This document shows, one piece after another, positions 53,654 through 62,231 of a stretch of 64,000 nucleotides of DNA. The notes beneath the pieces were generated by a model. That model had not been told where the DNA came from. It worked only from the letters and a program-made list of their open reading frames with translations, and did not search any database. Position 1 is the first letter of the stretch; the number at the start of each line of letters is the position of its first letter. Made by a program: the position numbers and the translations under genes. Location of the stretch: positions 25,527 through 89,526 of the forward strand of contig JBAZWZ010000003.1 of the NCBI GenBank assembly GCA_041660105.1, given 5' to 3'. Source of the stretch: Minisyncoccota bacterium (GTDB lineage: Bacteria > Patescibacteriota > Minisyncoccia > Phycocordibacterales > UBA1550).

Positions 53654-53917
53654 ATGGTTGAAGTAATTGGGTGTAAGCGTGTTCAGACTGCACATTCTGA
53701 ATACCTCCTTACTCTTGTCAGAGTTGAGGGGAAACTCAAGTGCATTTGTCGGAAAACCGCGGACCTTTCTAATGGAAAGCAATCAGCGCTCCCCGTTGGT
53801 TGGAAATGCGAAATAACAAAGCTTGCCCTTGAAAAAGGAAAGCGAATGCACCTCGTTGGAGATATTTTCTCAAGCACGGTAACGCGCATTGAAGATGTCC
53901 CATTGACCAAAAACTGA
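53654..53917 (+). CDS. Small hypothetical protein (87 aa), Cys-containing.
   Basis: RBS gacaggagaattcagATG; CxxVQ...CICRK...C motifs. Confidence 0.45.
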   Translation: MVEVIGCKRVQTAHSEYLLTLVRVEGKLKCICRKTADLSNGKQSALPVGWKCEITKLALEKGKRMHLVGDIFSSTVTRIEDVPLTKN

Positions 53918-53930
53918 AAGGAGAAACGAA

Positions 53931-54386
53931 ATGAAAACAGAAGTTCCTTTGTGGGGCACTGCTCTTACGAGTTTCGCAGTGTTGTTTGCGGTGGGGTTTT
54001 ACAATTTCGGGTTCACTGGCGCGATTGGGTTTTGTTGGTGTGTAATCGGGCGAATCATTGCGATTGCGCTTACTCTGGTGGCACTCGTAGCACTCGTCTG
54101 TGCTCTCGCTGTTGCTGTCTATTCTTTTGTGGAGGGGTTCAAACGTGTACGGGGCGAAAGACACGAATGGTACTTTGTAAACAGGCTTTGTTGCTCGTTC
54201 GTCTTGGTGGCGTGGGGGTTCCTGTTCTTACATATATCTTCGGAATATCTGTGGGTACCTTCCATCTTACCTGACACTATGAGCATATGTGCTCTGTGGG
54301 CGGTTTATTGGAAAATATATCTCGTCGCACTGCTCGTCTCCCTTACGATAAGGTCTTGGAACAAAAAGTGGTGTGGGGATTGGTGA
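53931..54386 (+). CDS. Small polytopic membrane protein (151 aa, about 4 TM).
   Basis: RBS aaaggagaaacgaaATG; hydrophobic helices LTSFAVLFAVGFY, IIAIALTLVALVALVCALAVAVY, SFVLVAWGFLFL, ALWAVYWKIYLVALLVSL. Confidence 0.5.
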   Translation: MKTEVPLWGTALTSFAVLFAVGFYNFGFTGAIGFCWCVIGRIIAIALTLVALVALVCALAVAVYSFVEGFKRVRGERHEWYFVNRLCCSFVLVAWGFLFLHISSEYLWVPSILPDTMSICALWAVYWKIYLVALLVSLTIRSWNKKWCGDW

Positions 54387-54492
54387 AATTCTCCCACAGT
54401 GCAAAGCGGCTTCGCGAGAAGCCGCTTTTTATTTTGTATAGACCTAAAGCATTCTCTATATAGAAATATTTTGTTATACTAACAATGAACAG

Positions 54493-54588
54493 GTGACCAA
54501 TGACACCGCTTTCGCGGACAAGTGACTTGGAAACTTTTTGCGTCGCGAAAAGTTTCCGTCAAATGTTAATTGTCAATCGTCAATTGTC
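54493..54588. promoter_or_regulatory. pilB upstream module: the conserved box ACACCGCTTTCGCGGACAAGTGAC, the palindrome GGAAACTTTTTGCG-TCG-CGAAAAGTTTCC, and degenerate TCAATTG/TCAGTTG heptads.
   Basis: Read directly. The architecture is the same as the modules at the 5' ends of the three pilin genes. Confidence 0.7.
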
Positions 54589-54597
54589 CCACCCCCC

Positions 54598-56337
54598 ATG
54601 GCCGTCAACAACAAACAACTTAAAGAATTTATCGAAGACTCTGGTCTCGTGCCCCGCACGGAGCTCGAGGAGATAGATAAGCGTGCAGCAGAGACAAAAG
54701 TTTATCTTGGGAACGTGCTCGTATCTGAGGGGAAAATTTCTGAAGATGACTTGCGTCGCACTGAGGCGTACATCCTCGGCATTCCTTTCGTAAATCTCAA
54801 ATCACAAAAAATTGATTTTGAAGTTTTGTCGCTCATCCCTGAGCCTATCGCGCGCAAGCACAACATCGTCGCTTTCAAAAAAACAGAAACATCTCTCGAG
54901 GTCGCGATGCTCGATACGGATGACCTCGCCGCAATAGAATTTATAAAAAAGAAAGTTGGATTGAAGATCCTCCCGCGACTCACTGACAAGGAGTCCATCA
55001 CGGGCGTACTCCTCCAATATCAAAAAAGTCTCAAGGAGGAATTTGGAGATATTATTGAGAAAGAGGCGAGCGGGCTCAAAGAAGGAGAAGAAGATCAAAG
55101 CGAGGAGGATTTGAAAAAGCTCGCGCAAGATTTGCCGGTGGTAAAAATTGTTGATACGCTCCTCAATCACGCCATCATCCAAGGAGCATCAGATATTCAC
55201 ATCGAGCCTCTTGATACAGAAGTGGTGATTCGTTATCGCATCGACGGTATTCTCCATGATGCAATGACACTCCCAAAGAGTGCGGCGTCGGGTATTGTCG
55301 CGCGTGTGAAGGTTCTCTCAAACTTAAAGCTCGACGAAAAGCGTTTGCCTCAAGACGGACGTTTCAAGATAGACTCAGGTGGTGAGAAGGTTGCGTTCCG
55401 TGTGTCGACGCTCCCTGTGTACTATGGAGAGAAGACCGTTATGCGTCTTCTTCGTGAGACGTCGGAGGGATTTTCGCTCGAAGGGCTTGGCTTCCATGGG
55501 AAGGGCCTCGAGCGTATTCACGAGGCGACGAAGCAACGCGTCGGGATGATCCTCGCTACAGGACCTACGGGGTCTGGTAAGTCGACAACACTTTATACTA
55601 TTCTCGACCTTGTGAATGAGCCCGAGGTGAACATTTCTACTATTGAAGATCCTATCGAATATCAAATGAAGCGCGTGAATCAAACGCAAGTGAAATCAGA
55701 AATCGGCCTCACGTTTGCAAATGGACTTCGTACTCTAATGCGTCAAGACCCAGACATCATTATGGTGGGGGAAATCCGCGACACCGAGACGGCATCGCTC
55801 GCGGTCAACGCGGCTCTCACCGGTCACCTCGTGCTCTCGACACTCCACACCAACTCAGCTGCAGCATCGATGCCACGTCTCATCGATATGGAAATCGAGC
55901 CGTTCTTAATTGTTTCGACCGTGAATGTTATCATCGGACAGCGTCTCGTGCGCAGGCTGACTGCGACAAGAGACAAATATTTCTTGAATGCTGACGAGCT
56001 TGCTATCCTCGGGAAATCAGTGAACCTCGACCGCATTATGCAAGTGATGAAAGATGAAAAGCTCTTGGCTCCGACTGCCGAGTGGAAGGATGTACCTTTT
56101 TATCATCCAAAAAAGTCAACGGAATCAGAGGACGGTTACAAAGGCCGCGTGGGTATCCACGAAGTTATGAAAATGTCCGCAGCGATCCGCACACTCGTGC
56201 TCAAGGGCGCGACAGCATCGGAAGTGGAAGAGCAGGCAAAGAAAGAAGGAATGACGACGATGATTGAGGACGGGATTATTAAGGCGTCGCAGGGGATTAC
56301 GACCATAGAAGAAGTCTTGCGCGTAGTCTCCGAATAG
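54598..56337 (+). CDS. pilB: Type IV pilus assembly ATPase PilB (GspE family).
   Basis: N-terminal T2SSE_N domain; Walker A ILATGPTGSGKSTTLYTIL; Asp/His boxes; tetracysteine-less CPR-like C-terminus. Start set to MAVNNKQ (54598). Confidence 0.9.
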   Translation: MAVNNKQLKEFIEDSGLVPRTELEEIDKRAAETKVYLGNVLVSEGKISEDDLRRTEAYILGIPFVNLKSQKIDFEVLSLIPEPIARKHNIVAFKKTETSLEVAMLDTDDLAAIEFIKKKVGLKILPRLTDKESITGVLLQYQKSLKEEFGDIIEKEASGLKEGEEDQSEEDLKKLAQDLPVVKIVDTLLNHAIIQGASDIHIEPLDTEVVIRYRIDGILHDAMTLPKSAASGIVARVKVLSNLKLDEKRLPQDGRFKIDSGGEKVAFRVSTLPVYYGEKTVMRLLRETSEGFSLEGLGFHGKGLERIHEATKQRVGMILATGPTGSGKSTTLYTILDLVNEPEVNISTIEDPIEYQMKRVNQTQVKSEIGLTFANGLRTLMRQDPDIIMVGEIRDTETASLAVNAALTGHLVLSTLHTNSAAASMPRLIDMEIEPFLIVSTVNVIIGQRLVRRLTATRDKYFLNADELAILGKSVNLDRIMQVMKDEKLLAPTAEWKDVPFYHPKKSTESEDGYKGRVGIHEVMKMSAAIRTLVLKGATASEVEEQAKKEGMTTMIEDGIIKASQGITTIEEVLRVVSE

Positions 56338-56614
56338 GCCTTCCAATATTGAGCGATTGCGTCGTTGTGATGCGTACAATCTCCGTCACCGTACGTCATG
56401 TACGTTTCCGTCGATTGTCCTTTCACGCCTTGCACTCGTCTCAATATTGAAAGGCCTAGATTGAGTACATATTAAAGGAAAGGGAGGGATTGCCTACGGC
56501 AATCCCGCTCTTTCTGTGTTTGTAGTCTGTATGTCAACGGCTCATTTGGGCGGAAATGAGCCGTTGAGTCATTGCACTTCGCTATTTTTTGCGCGATAAT
56601 AGAAGAAGCATATT

Positions 56615-57829
56615 ATGCCTAAATTTAAATACAAAGTACGGGAACTTTCAGGGAAGATTACCGATGGCGAGATGGAGGCTGTCAATCGTTTTGCTGTGGC
56701 TTCTGACTTGAGGAAGTCAGGAAAGTCCGTTGTCTCTGTCGAGGAGGTGTCAGGGGGAATCGTTATTGATATGGAAACCATCAATGCGTTTCTTTCAAAG
56801 GTGAAGATCCAAGAGCTCATTGTGTTTGCGCACAACCTCTCCTCAATGATGAAAGCAGGACTCGCTCTTTCGCGCGGGCTTTCTATTCAAGAACGACAAA
56901 CCAAAAATTTTGCACTCAAGAAAACATTGAAGTCGCTGATTGATGAAGTGAGTAAGGGTGCAACCCTCTCGGTAGGAATGGCGAAATTTCCAAAAGTTTT
57001 TTCGCCGATATTCATCGCGATGGTGCGCGCGGGAGAGGAGTCGGGGCAACTCTCCGACACCCTTCTCGTAGTGGGGGACCAGCTTGAGAAAAGCTATCTT
57101 TTGAAAAAGAAAATCAAAGGCGCGATGATATACCCATCTGTTGTTATCTCGGTGCTCCTCATCATCGCAGTGCTGATGTTTATCTTTGTGGTGCCGACAC
57201 TTACCGCAACGTTCAAAGATCTCAATACGGCACTGCCAACGAGTACAAAAGTGATTATCTGGATTTCTGACACGCTCGCAAATCATCTTATGTTGTTTGT
57301 TCTTGCGGTCGCTGTTGTTGTCGTTTCGTTTATTGTTGCTCTCCGTACGAAGCCTGGACATCGAGCGTTTGAGTTTGTATCGCTTCGTTTGCCTCTCATT
57401 GGAGATATGGTCCGTCAGTCAAACGCCGCTCTCGTATCGCGCACACTCTCGTCGCTCCTCTCATCAGGTGTCGATATGCTTGAGGCTATCAATATTACCA
57501 AGGATGTTGTACAAAATTCTTTTTTCAAAGAAACGCTTGCCCTTGCTGCTGAGCGTGTACAGAAAGGTATTCCACTCTCGTCTGTCTTTAAAGAAGGCGA
57601 CGTGTACCCAATCCTCGTGGGCGATATGATCGAGGTGGGTGAGGAGACGGGAAAACTTTCTGAGATGCTTCTCAACCTCGCGCTCTTTTACGAAAACGAA
57701 GTGAACGAGGCGACGAAGAACCTATCGACGATTATTGAGCCGCTTCTTATGGTGTTCATTGGAGCGTCGGTTGGGTTCTTTGCTATTTCAATGATTTCCC
57801 CAATGTACTCGGTGATGAGCAATGTGTAG
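56615..57829 (+). CDS. pilC: Type IV pilus inner-membrane platform protein PilC (GspF family).
   Basis: MPKFKYKVRELSGKITDGEMEAVNRFAVASDLRKSGKSVVSVEE; two T2SSF repeats; three TM helices. 404 aa. Confidence 0.85.
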   Translation: MPKFKYKVRELSGKITDGEMEAVNRFAVASDLRKSGKSVVSVEEVSGGIVIDMETINAFLSKVKIQELIVFAHNLSSMMKAGLALSRGLSIQERQTKNFALKKTLKSLIDEVSKGATLSVGMAKFPKVFSPIFIAMVRAGEESGQLSDTLLVVGDQLEKSYLLKKKIKGAMIYPSVVISVLLIIAVLMFIFVVPTLTATFKDLNTALPTSTKVIIWISDTLANHLMLFVLAVAVVVVSFIVALRTKPGHRAFEFVSLRLPLIGDMVRQSNAALVSRTLSSLLSSGVDMLEAINITKDVVQNSFFKETLALAAERVQKGIPLSSVFKEGDVYPILVGDMIEVGEETGKLSEMLLNLALFYENEVNEATKNLSTIIEPLLMVFIGASVGFFAISMISPMYSVMSNV

Positions 57830-57845
57830 CCGCGCGAAGCGCGGC

Positions 57846-57993
57846 GACAACTGACCACTAACACCGCTGCGCGGACAACTGACAAGAATGCAAAATACAC
57901 AACTGACAATTAACAAAGAACAACTGACAATTAACCAACAGATTTTCGCTACGCGAAAATCTGCCGTCAGTTGTCAGTTGTCAGTTGTCAGTT
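57846..57993. repeat. Pilin-1 5' module: the ACACCGCTGCGCGGACAACTGAC box, CAACTGA-type repeats, the palindrome CAGATTTTCGC-TAC-GCGAAAATCTG (57929..57953), and (GTCAGTT)x4 (57956..57985).
   Basis: Read directly. It overlaps the start of the pilin-1 ORF. Confidence 0.85.
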
Positions 57994-58433
57994 GTTCTCT
58001 GCGTCGGGGGTACACCCTCCTTGAGCTTCTCGTTGTCATCGCCATCCTCGGCCTCATAATGGCAATAACTATCCCTTCCTTTTCGGAGTTTCGACAAAAC
58101 AGCGCTTTGAACGCCGACACAATGAATGTCATAACGCTTATCAACAGAGCACGACTTCTCTCAGTGTCTGACAAAGGAGATAAACAATACGGCATTTATC
58201 TATCCTCTACTTCATCGATTTTGTTTGCGAGTTCAACCTTTGCAAGTTCCGCAACATCAACAAGAGAAACATATACATTGAGCAGTGGGATAACTATGTC
58301 AGGGACTGCTTCGGAAATTGTATTTGCAAAGGTTACCGGCGTTGCAAGCACGGCAGCAACCACAACCCTCCTCGGCACGACCTCAAGCACAACAATATTA
58401 ATATACCCAACGGGTATCGCTACTATTAAATAA
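57888..58433 (+). CDS. Type IV prepilin-like protein 1 (class III signal G|YTLLE plus a hydrophobic helix), with an unusually long repeat-encoded leader.
   Basis: ...SVVSCSLRRG|YTLLELLVVIAILGLIMAITIPSF. The leader MQNTQLTINKEQLTINQQIFATRKSAVSCQLSVVSCSLRRG is encoded by the heptad/palindrome module. An alternative in-frame TTG would give an 11-aa leader. Confidence 0.7.
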   Translation: MQNTQLTINKEQLTINQQIFATRKSAVSCQLSVVSCSLRRGYTLLELLVVIAILGLIMAITIPSFSEFRQNSALNADTMNVITLINRARLLSVSDKGDKQYGIYLSSTSSILFASSTFASSATSTRETYTLSSGITMSGTASEIVFAKVTGVASTAATTTLLGTTSSTTILIYPTGIATIK

Positions 58434-58450
58434 GGAGTAGAATATAATAA

Positions 58451-58594
58451 GAACAACTGACAACTGACAACTGACACAAAACAAAATGCAACAAAAACAA
58501 CTGACAACTGACAAAGAACAAATTACACACAAGCAGCGGATTTTCGCTACGCGAAAATCCGCCGTCAGTGGTCAAATGTCAGTTGTCAGTTGTG
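58451..58594. repeat. Pilin-2 5' module: (CAACTGA)x3, then (CAACTGA)x2 inside the start of the ORF, the palindrome CAGCGGATTTTCGC-TAC-GCGAAAATCCGCCG (58534..58564), and degenerate GTCAGTT repeats.
   Basis: Read directly. Confidence 0.85.
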
Positions 58595-60108
58595 CTCGCG
58601 CTACGCGCGGCTTTGGCCTCGTAGAAATAATTGTCGCCGCATCTATCCTTTCAGTCTCGATGCTCGCCATCTCCACTTTTTTCCAGTCGACGCTCAAGAT
58701 GAGTAGAACCATCGAAACGCAAAACCAATCGAACTACCTTCTCGAGGAAGGGGTTGAGGCTGTTAAGATTTTTCGTGATATGAGTTATGCTAATAACATT
58801 CTCAAGATAGCGACGTCTTCCCCGAGCTATTTTGTTTGGAACAGCACAGGTTCTACCTGGGCTACCTCGACCGTGAACGCTCTTATTGATGGCAAATATG
58901 AACGCAAAGTCACCTATGAGGATGTATTGCGCGACAACACAACGCACGATATTTCCACATCGACATCAGGGACCACTTACGATCCCAATGTGCGCCTCGC
59001 GACAGTATCGTTGTCATGGCTGTCAGGGACAACAACCGCAGGGCTCCTTTCTTCATTGGGAACTATTGCGATAGGGTCAGGAAGTAGTAACACTACTGAA
59101 TCAGGGATAGTTGTTTCTCCAGATGGCAAATACGCATACGCACTAAGAAGCAATGCTAACCTGGTATATATGTATAGTGTCAGTACAACCACAGGAGCTT
59201 TGATTGCGCTCGGGACTCCCACGGTTGCCACGGGAACAACACCAAAATCATTGATCGTATCACCTGACGGAAAGAATGTGTATGTTGCCAACTTCGGCTC
59301 CAACAATATTACTCGATATAGTCGCAATGTAAGTACGGGGGAGCTGTCATCTCTCGGGACTTCTTCCACGGGCTCATCGTCGGGGCCAACTTCAATTATC
59401 ATTTCACCAGACGGGTTGTCGGTGTATACATTGGACGATACCGCAAATAATATTTACAAATACACGCGCACGAGTTCTGGCGGACTAAGCTCGGGTGGTG
59501 CAGCAATTACGGTTACGATCACGTGTCCGTGTGGGTTCGCTATTTCTCCCGATGGCAACTCCGTATACTCAGTTGCTTCTGCGGGGACTGATGTATTTTC
59601 TCAATTTACACGTAGCACGAGCACGGGTGCCCTCTCGAGCAAAGTCGCCGTATCGCTGGCTACTAGCACGGCTCCATATTTTGGCGTCGCTGTTTCTCCT
59701 GACGCTTCTTTTGTGTATGCAACAAACAACGCAAACGACAGTGTTTCAATGTATAGCCGCGCCACGAGCACGGGGGCTCTCACGCTTCTCAGTCCTGCTA
59801 CTGTAGCCACAGGTGATCAGCCTCTGGGGATTGCCATCTCTCCCGATAATTTCTCTGCGTATGTGGTAAACGCTGGCAGTAACACGATTTCACAGTTCAG
59901 CCGTAATGTTACTACGGGGGTTCTTACTCCACTAAGTACTGCTACTATTGCGACAGACTCCATCCCAAACACAATAGCAAATACTCCTGATGGCCATTCA
60001 GTGTATGTGATAAATAGGTCGAGCGCCCTGATTTCAATGTATAGTCGTGACCCTGGGTTGACTGTTAAGACCATACAGACCTATATAACGAATATTTTTA
60101 CTAATTAA
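58486..60108 (+). CDS. Type IV prepilin-like protein 2 fused to a 7-bladed YVTN-type beta-propeller (candidate pilus-tip adhesin).
   Basis: Leader ...MSVVSCARATRG|FGLVEIIVAASILSVSM. Seven repeats of the form (V/I)SPDGxxxYVxNxxxNxIxxYxR (e.g. VSPDGKNVYVANFGSNNITRYSR). Confidence 0.7.
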   Translation: MQQKQLTTDKEQITHKQRIFATRKSAVSGQMSVVSCARATRGFGLVEIIVAASILSVSMLAISTFFQSTLKMSRTIETQNQSNYLLEEGVEAVKIFRDMSYANNILKIATSSPSYFVWNSTGSTWATSTVNALIDGKYERKVTYEDVLRDNTTHDISTSTSGTTYDPNVRLATVSLSWLSGTTTAGLLSSLGTIAIGSGSSNTTESGIVVSPDGKYAYALRSNANLVYMYSVSTTTGALIALGTPTVATGTTPKSLIVSPDGKNVYVANFGSNNITRYSRNVSTGELSSLGTSSTGSSSGPTSIIISPDGLSVYTLDDTANNIYKYTRTSSGGLSSGGAAITVTITCPCGFAISPDGNSVYSVASAGTDVFSQFTRSTSTGALSSKVAVSLATSTAPYFGVAVSPDASFVYATNNANDSVSMYSRATSTGALTLLSPATVATGDQPLGIAISPDNFSAYVVNAGSNTISQFSRNVTTGVLTPLSTATIATDSIPNTIANTPDGHSVYVINRSSALISMYSRDPGLTVKTIQTYITNIFTN

Positions 60109-60109
60109 T

Positions 60110-60228
60110 ATGAAAAAACAATTGACATGAAACAACTGACAACTGACAAAAAACAATCGACATGGGCCCAGCGGATTTTCGCTACGCGAAAATCCGCTGT
60201 CAGTCGTCAGTCGTCAGTTGTCAGTTGT
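60110..60228. repeat. Pilin-3 5' module: (CAACTGA)x2, the palindrome CAGCGGATTTTCGC-TAC-GCGAAAATCCGCTG (60169..60199, a perfect 14-bp stem), and GTCAGTC/GTCAGTT repeats.
   Basis: Read directly. Confidence 0.85.
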
Positions 60229-60735
60229 GCGCGTACCCGCGCCTTCACCCTCGTTGAGATGATCATCTACGCAGCTATTTTTTCATTCATCTCCATCGTT
60301 GCGGTCAATGGAGTCATCGTGTCGATGAAGTCATTTTATAATATTCGTCTTTCTCAAAATATAAATCAGTCTGCGACGGTCGCAATGGACCGTATGGCGT
60401 ATGAGATTCGTAATGCATACAATATTGACAGCACAAACAGCACCCTCGGGACAAGCCCAGGCAGACTTACGTTGCTCACAGAAGACGCTAACGGGAATAG
60501 CACTACCGTTGAGTTTTATGTTATTGCAAATCAACTAAATATGAGGGTAGGCGGGGTAGATCAGGGACCGCTTCTTGTGAAGACATCCATATTGACCAAT
60601 CTTATTTTCCTGCCAATCACTACGCCAAATTCTAAGGCGGTAAAAATAGAAATGACTGCGCAAGATTCGCGCCAGGATGCTACAAAAACAGCAAAGTATT
60701 ATGATACAATAGTATTGAGGGGTTCGATCCACTAA
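60127..60735 (+). CDS. Type IV prepilin-like protein 3 (pseudopilin-like).
   Basis: Leader MKQLTTDKKQSTWAQRIFATRKSAVSRQSSVVSCARTRA|FTLVEMIIYAAIFSFISIVAV. 202 aa. Confidence 0.65.
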   Translation: MKQLTTDKKQSTWAQRIFATRKSAVSRQSSVVSCARTRAFTLVEMIIYAAIFSFISIVAVNGVIVSMKSFYNIRLSQNINQSATVAMDRMAYEIRNAYNIDSTNSTLGTSPGRLTLLTEDANGNSTTVEFYVIANQLNMRVGGVDQGPLLVKTSILTNLIFLPITTPNSKAVKIEMTAQDSRQDATKTAKYYDTIVLRGSIH

Positions 60736-60747
60736 TTTATTATATTT

Positions 60748-62124
60748 ATGCCCAAGAATAATCAATACACTGTCTCATACAAACGTGGCGCAGCGGTCAT
60801 AACGGTAGTTTTGTTCTTTGTAATTATTGCCACAACCGTTTTACTTGGGGTATCGTCTCCAGTTGTAAGCGAATATAAAACTGCGCGCGATCTCGGTAAT
60901 TCAAAGAGTGCGTACTATCTGAGCGAGGCCGGACTCGAGGATGTTATGTATCGAACAATGAAAGCAATAGGGATAACTTCCCCTGTCATCCTCACGCTTG
61001 GGGGCAATATTGCTACGACGACGGCGACAACAGTGAGTTCGAGCGAAGTGACAGTTTCATCAGTGGGGGATGTGAAGACCAACATCCGCAAGATTGGCGT
61101 GACACTTTCGACAGGAGTAGGAAATGAATTCTTTTACGCACTCCAAGCTGGAGGGGGCGGGATAAATATGGCAACAAGTTCAGTTATCAATGGCAACGTA
61201 TTTTCAGACGGGCATGTTTGCGGGGCAGGTATTGGAAATACTTATTGTGACACAGCAGATTCAAACGGAATAACTGAGCAGAGTACGATAACAGGCACGG
61301 TGGTTTCTCGTGGGACAACAGGCCTCAATGGAACTATAAATAGAATTATAAACACAATAGAAGGAGCTTCAATGCATGCGGGGAATATTACAAACGCGTT
61401 TATTATGGGAAGTCCATATTGCACTACAAATTATAATTCAAGTCCGCCTGGGTGCGAGACGCTTGTTGCTCAGCCACAAGCAGACGCGCCAATTTCAGAT
61501 GCCGATATCACTGCATGGAAAAACGCAGCAATTGCTGGGGGGAATGAAGAGTGCGACGGGGCTGCCTATACAATAGCTGAAGACGCAACGGATTTGGGCC
61601 CCAGAGTAATTCCTTGCAATCTGGTTATTGACGGAAGCAGTGGCACGGACACTGTTACTCTCAAGGGACCTGTTTGGGTAAAGGGAAATATAACCATAAG
61701 GAGAAGCCTTATTATTAAAGTTGATCCAGCGCGCACAGGGCAGAGTATGGTGATGATAGCGGACAAGGAGTCTGATCATACCAATAGTAGCAGGATAATA
61801 TTGGAAGGCAATTCCAATTCAAGAGTTTTTGATGGAGCAGGAGAGAATTCGTGGGTTATGCTACTTTCTCAAAATGATAGTGCTTATAACAGTGGCGCGG
61901 TCATAGCAATCGATGCCCAAGGGAACACAAGTGGAGATGTGATCCTTATGGCACTAAAAGGGCAAGTCCAACTTTTCGATGCTTCAGTAGCTAGTATCAC
62001 CGCGTACTGGATATCAATCCTCGCTGACGGAGTTGTAAATTATTCGATGGGCATGCAGAGTGCACTCTTTTATTCTGGACCCGCTGGCTCGTGGAATACA
62101 ATGGATTGGAGGTTGGGACAGTAA
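60748..62124 (+). CDS. PilX-N-like pilus assembly/minor pilin protein with a large Gly/Thr/Asn-rich C-terminal domain.
   Basis: RGAAVITVVLFFVIIATTVLLGVSSPV resembles the PilX N-terminal TM segment. No G|FTLxE site. 458 aa. Confidence 0.5.
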   Translation: MPKNNQYTVSYKRGAAVITVVLFFVIIATTVLLGVSSPVVSEYKTARDLGNSKSAYYLSEAGLEDVMYRTMKAIGITSPVILTLGGNIATTTATTVSSSEVTVSSVGDVKTNIRKIGVTLSTGVGNEFFYALQAGGGGINMATSSVINGNVFSDGHVCGAGIGNTYCDTADSNGITEQSTITGTVVSRGTTGLNGTINRIINTIEGASMHAGNITNAFIMGSPYCTTNYNSSPPGCETLVAQPQADAPISDADITAWKNAAIAGGNEECDGAAYTIAEDATDLGPRVIPCNLVIDGSSGTDTVTLKGPVWVKGNITIRRSLIIKVDPARTGQSMVMIADKESDHTNSSRIILEGNSNSRVFDGAGENSWVMLLSQNDSAYNSGAVIAIDAQGNTSGDVILMALKGQVQLFDASVASITAYWISILADGVVNYSMGMQSALFYSGPAGSWNTMDWRLGQ

Positions 62125-62126
62125 GA

Positions 62127-62207
62127 ACAACTGACATCTGACAACTGACAACTGACGCGGGAGAAAATACGGGCGGAACCTTCGGTTCCGCCCGTATTTT
62201 CGCACCC
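62127..62207. repeat. Heptad tract acaactgacatctgacaactgacaactgacg, followed by a terminator hairpin (gaaaatacgggcggaaccttcggttccgcccgtattttc) at the 3' end of the pilus locus.
   Basis: Read directly, between the PilX-like stop and tpiA. Confidence 0.8.
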
Positions 62208-62231
62208 TTATTCCTGTGATATAATAAACGT

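Noticed and set aside
54493-62207. The heptad repeats as DNA uptake sequences for pilus-mediated competence.
   Set aside because: DUS-type signals are dispersed genome-wide and often sit in terminators. Here the repeats are concentrated at gene 5' ends of the pilus and T4SS loci and are organised into a dyad module. A regulatory, recombinational or phase-variation role fits better.
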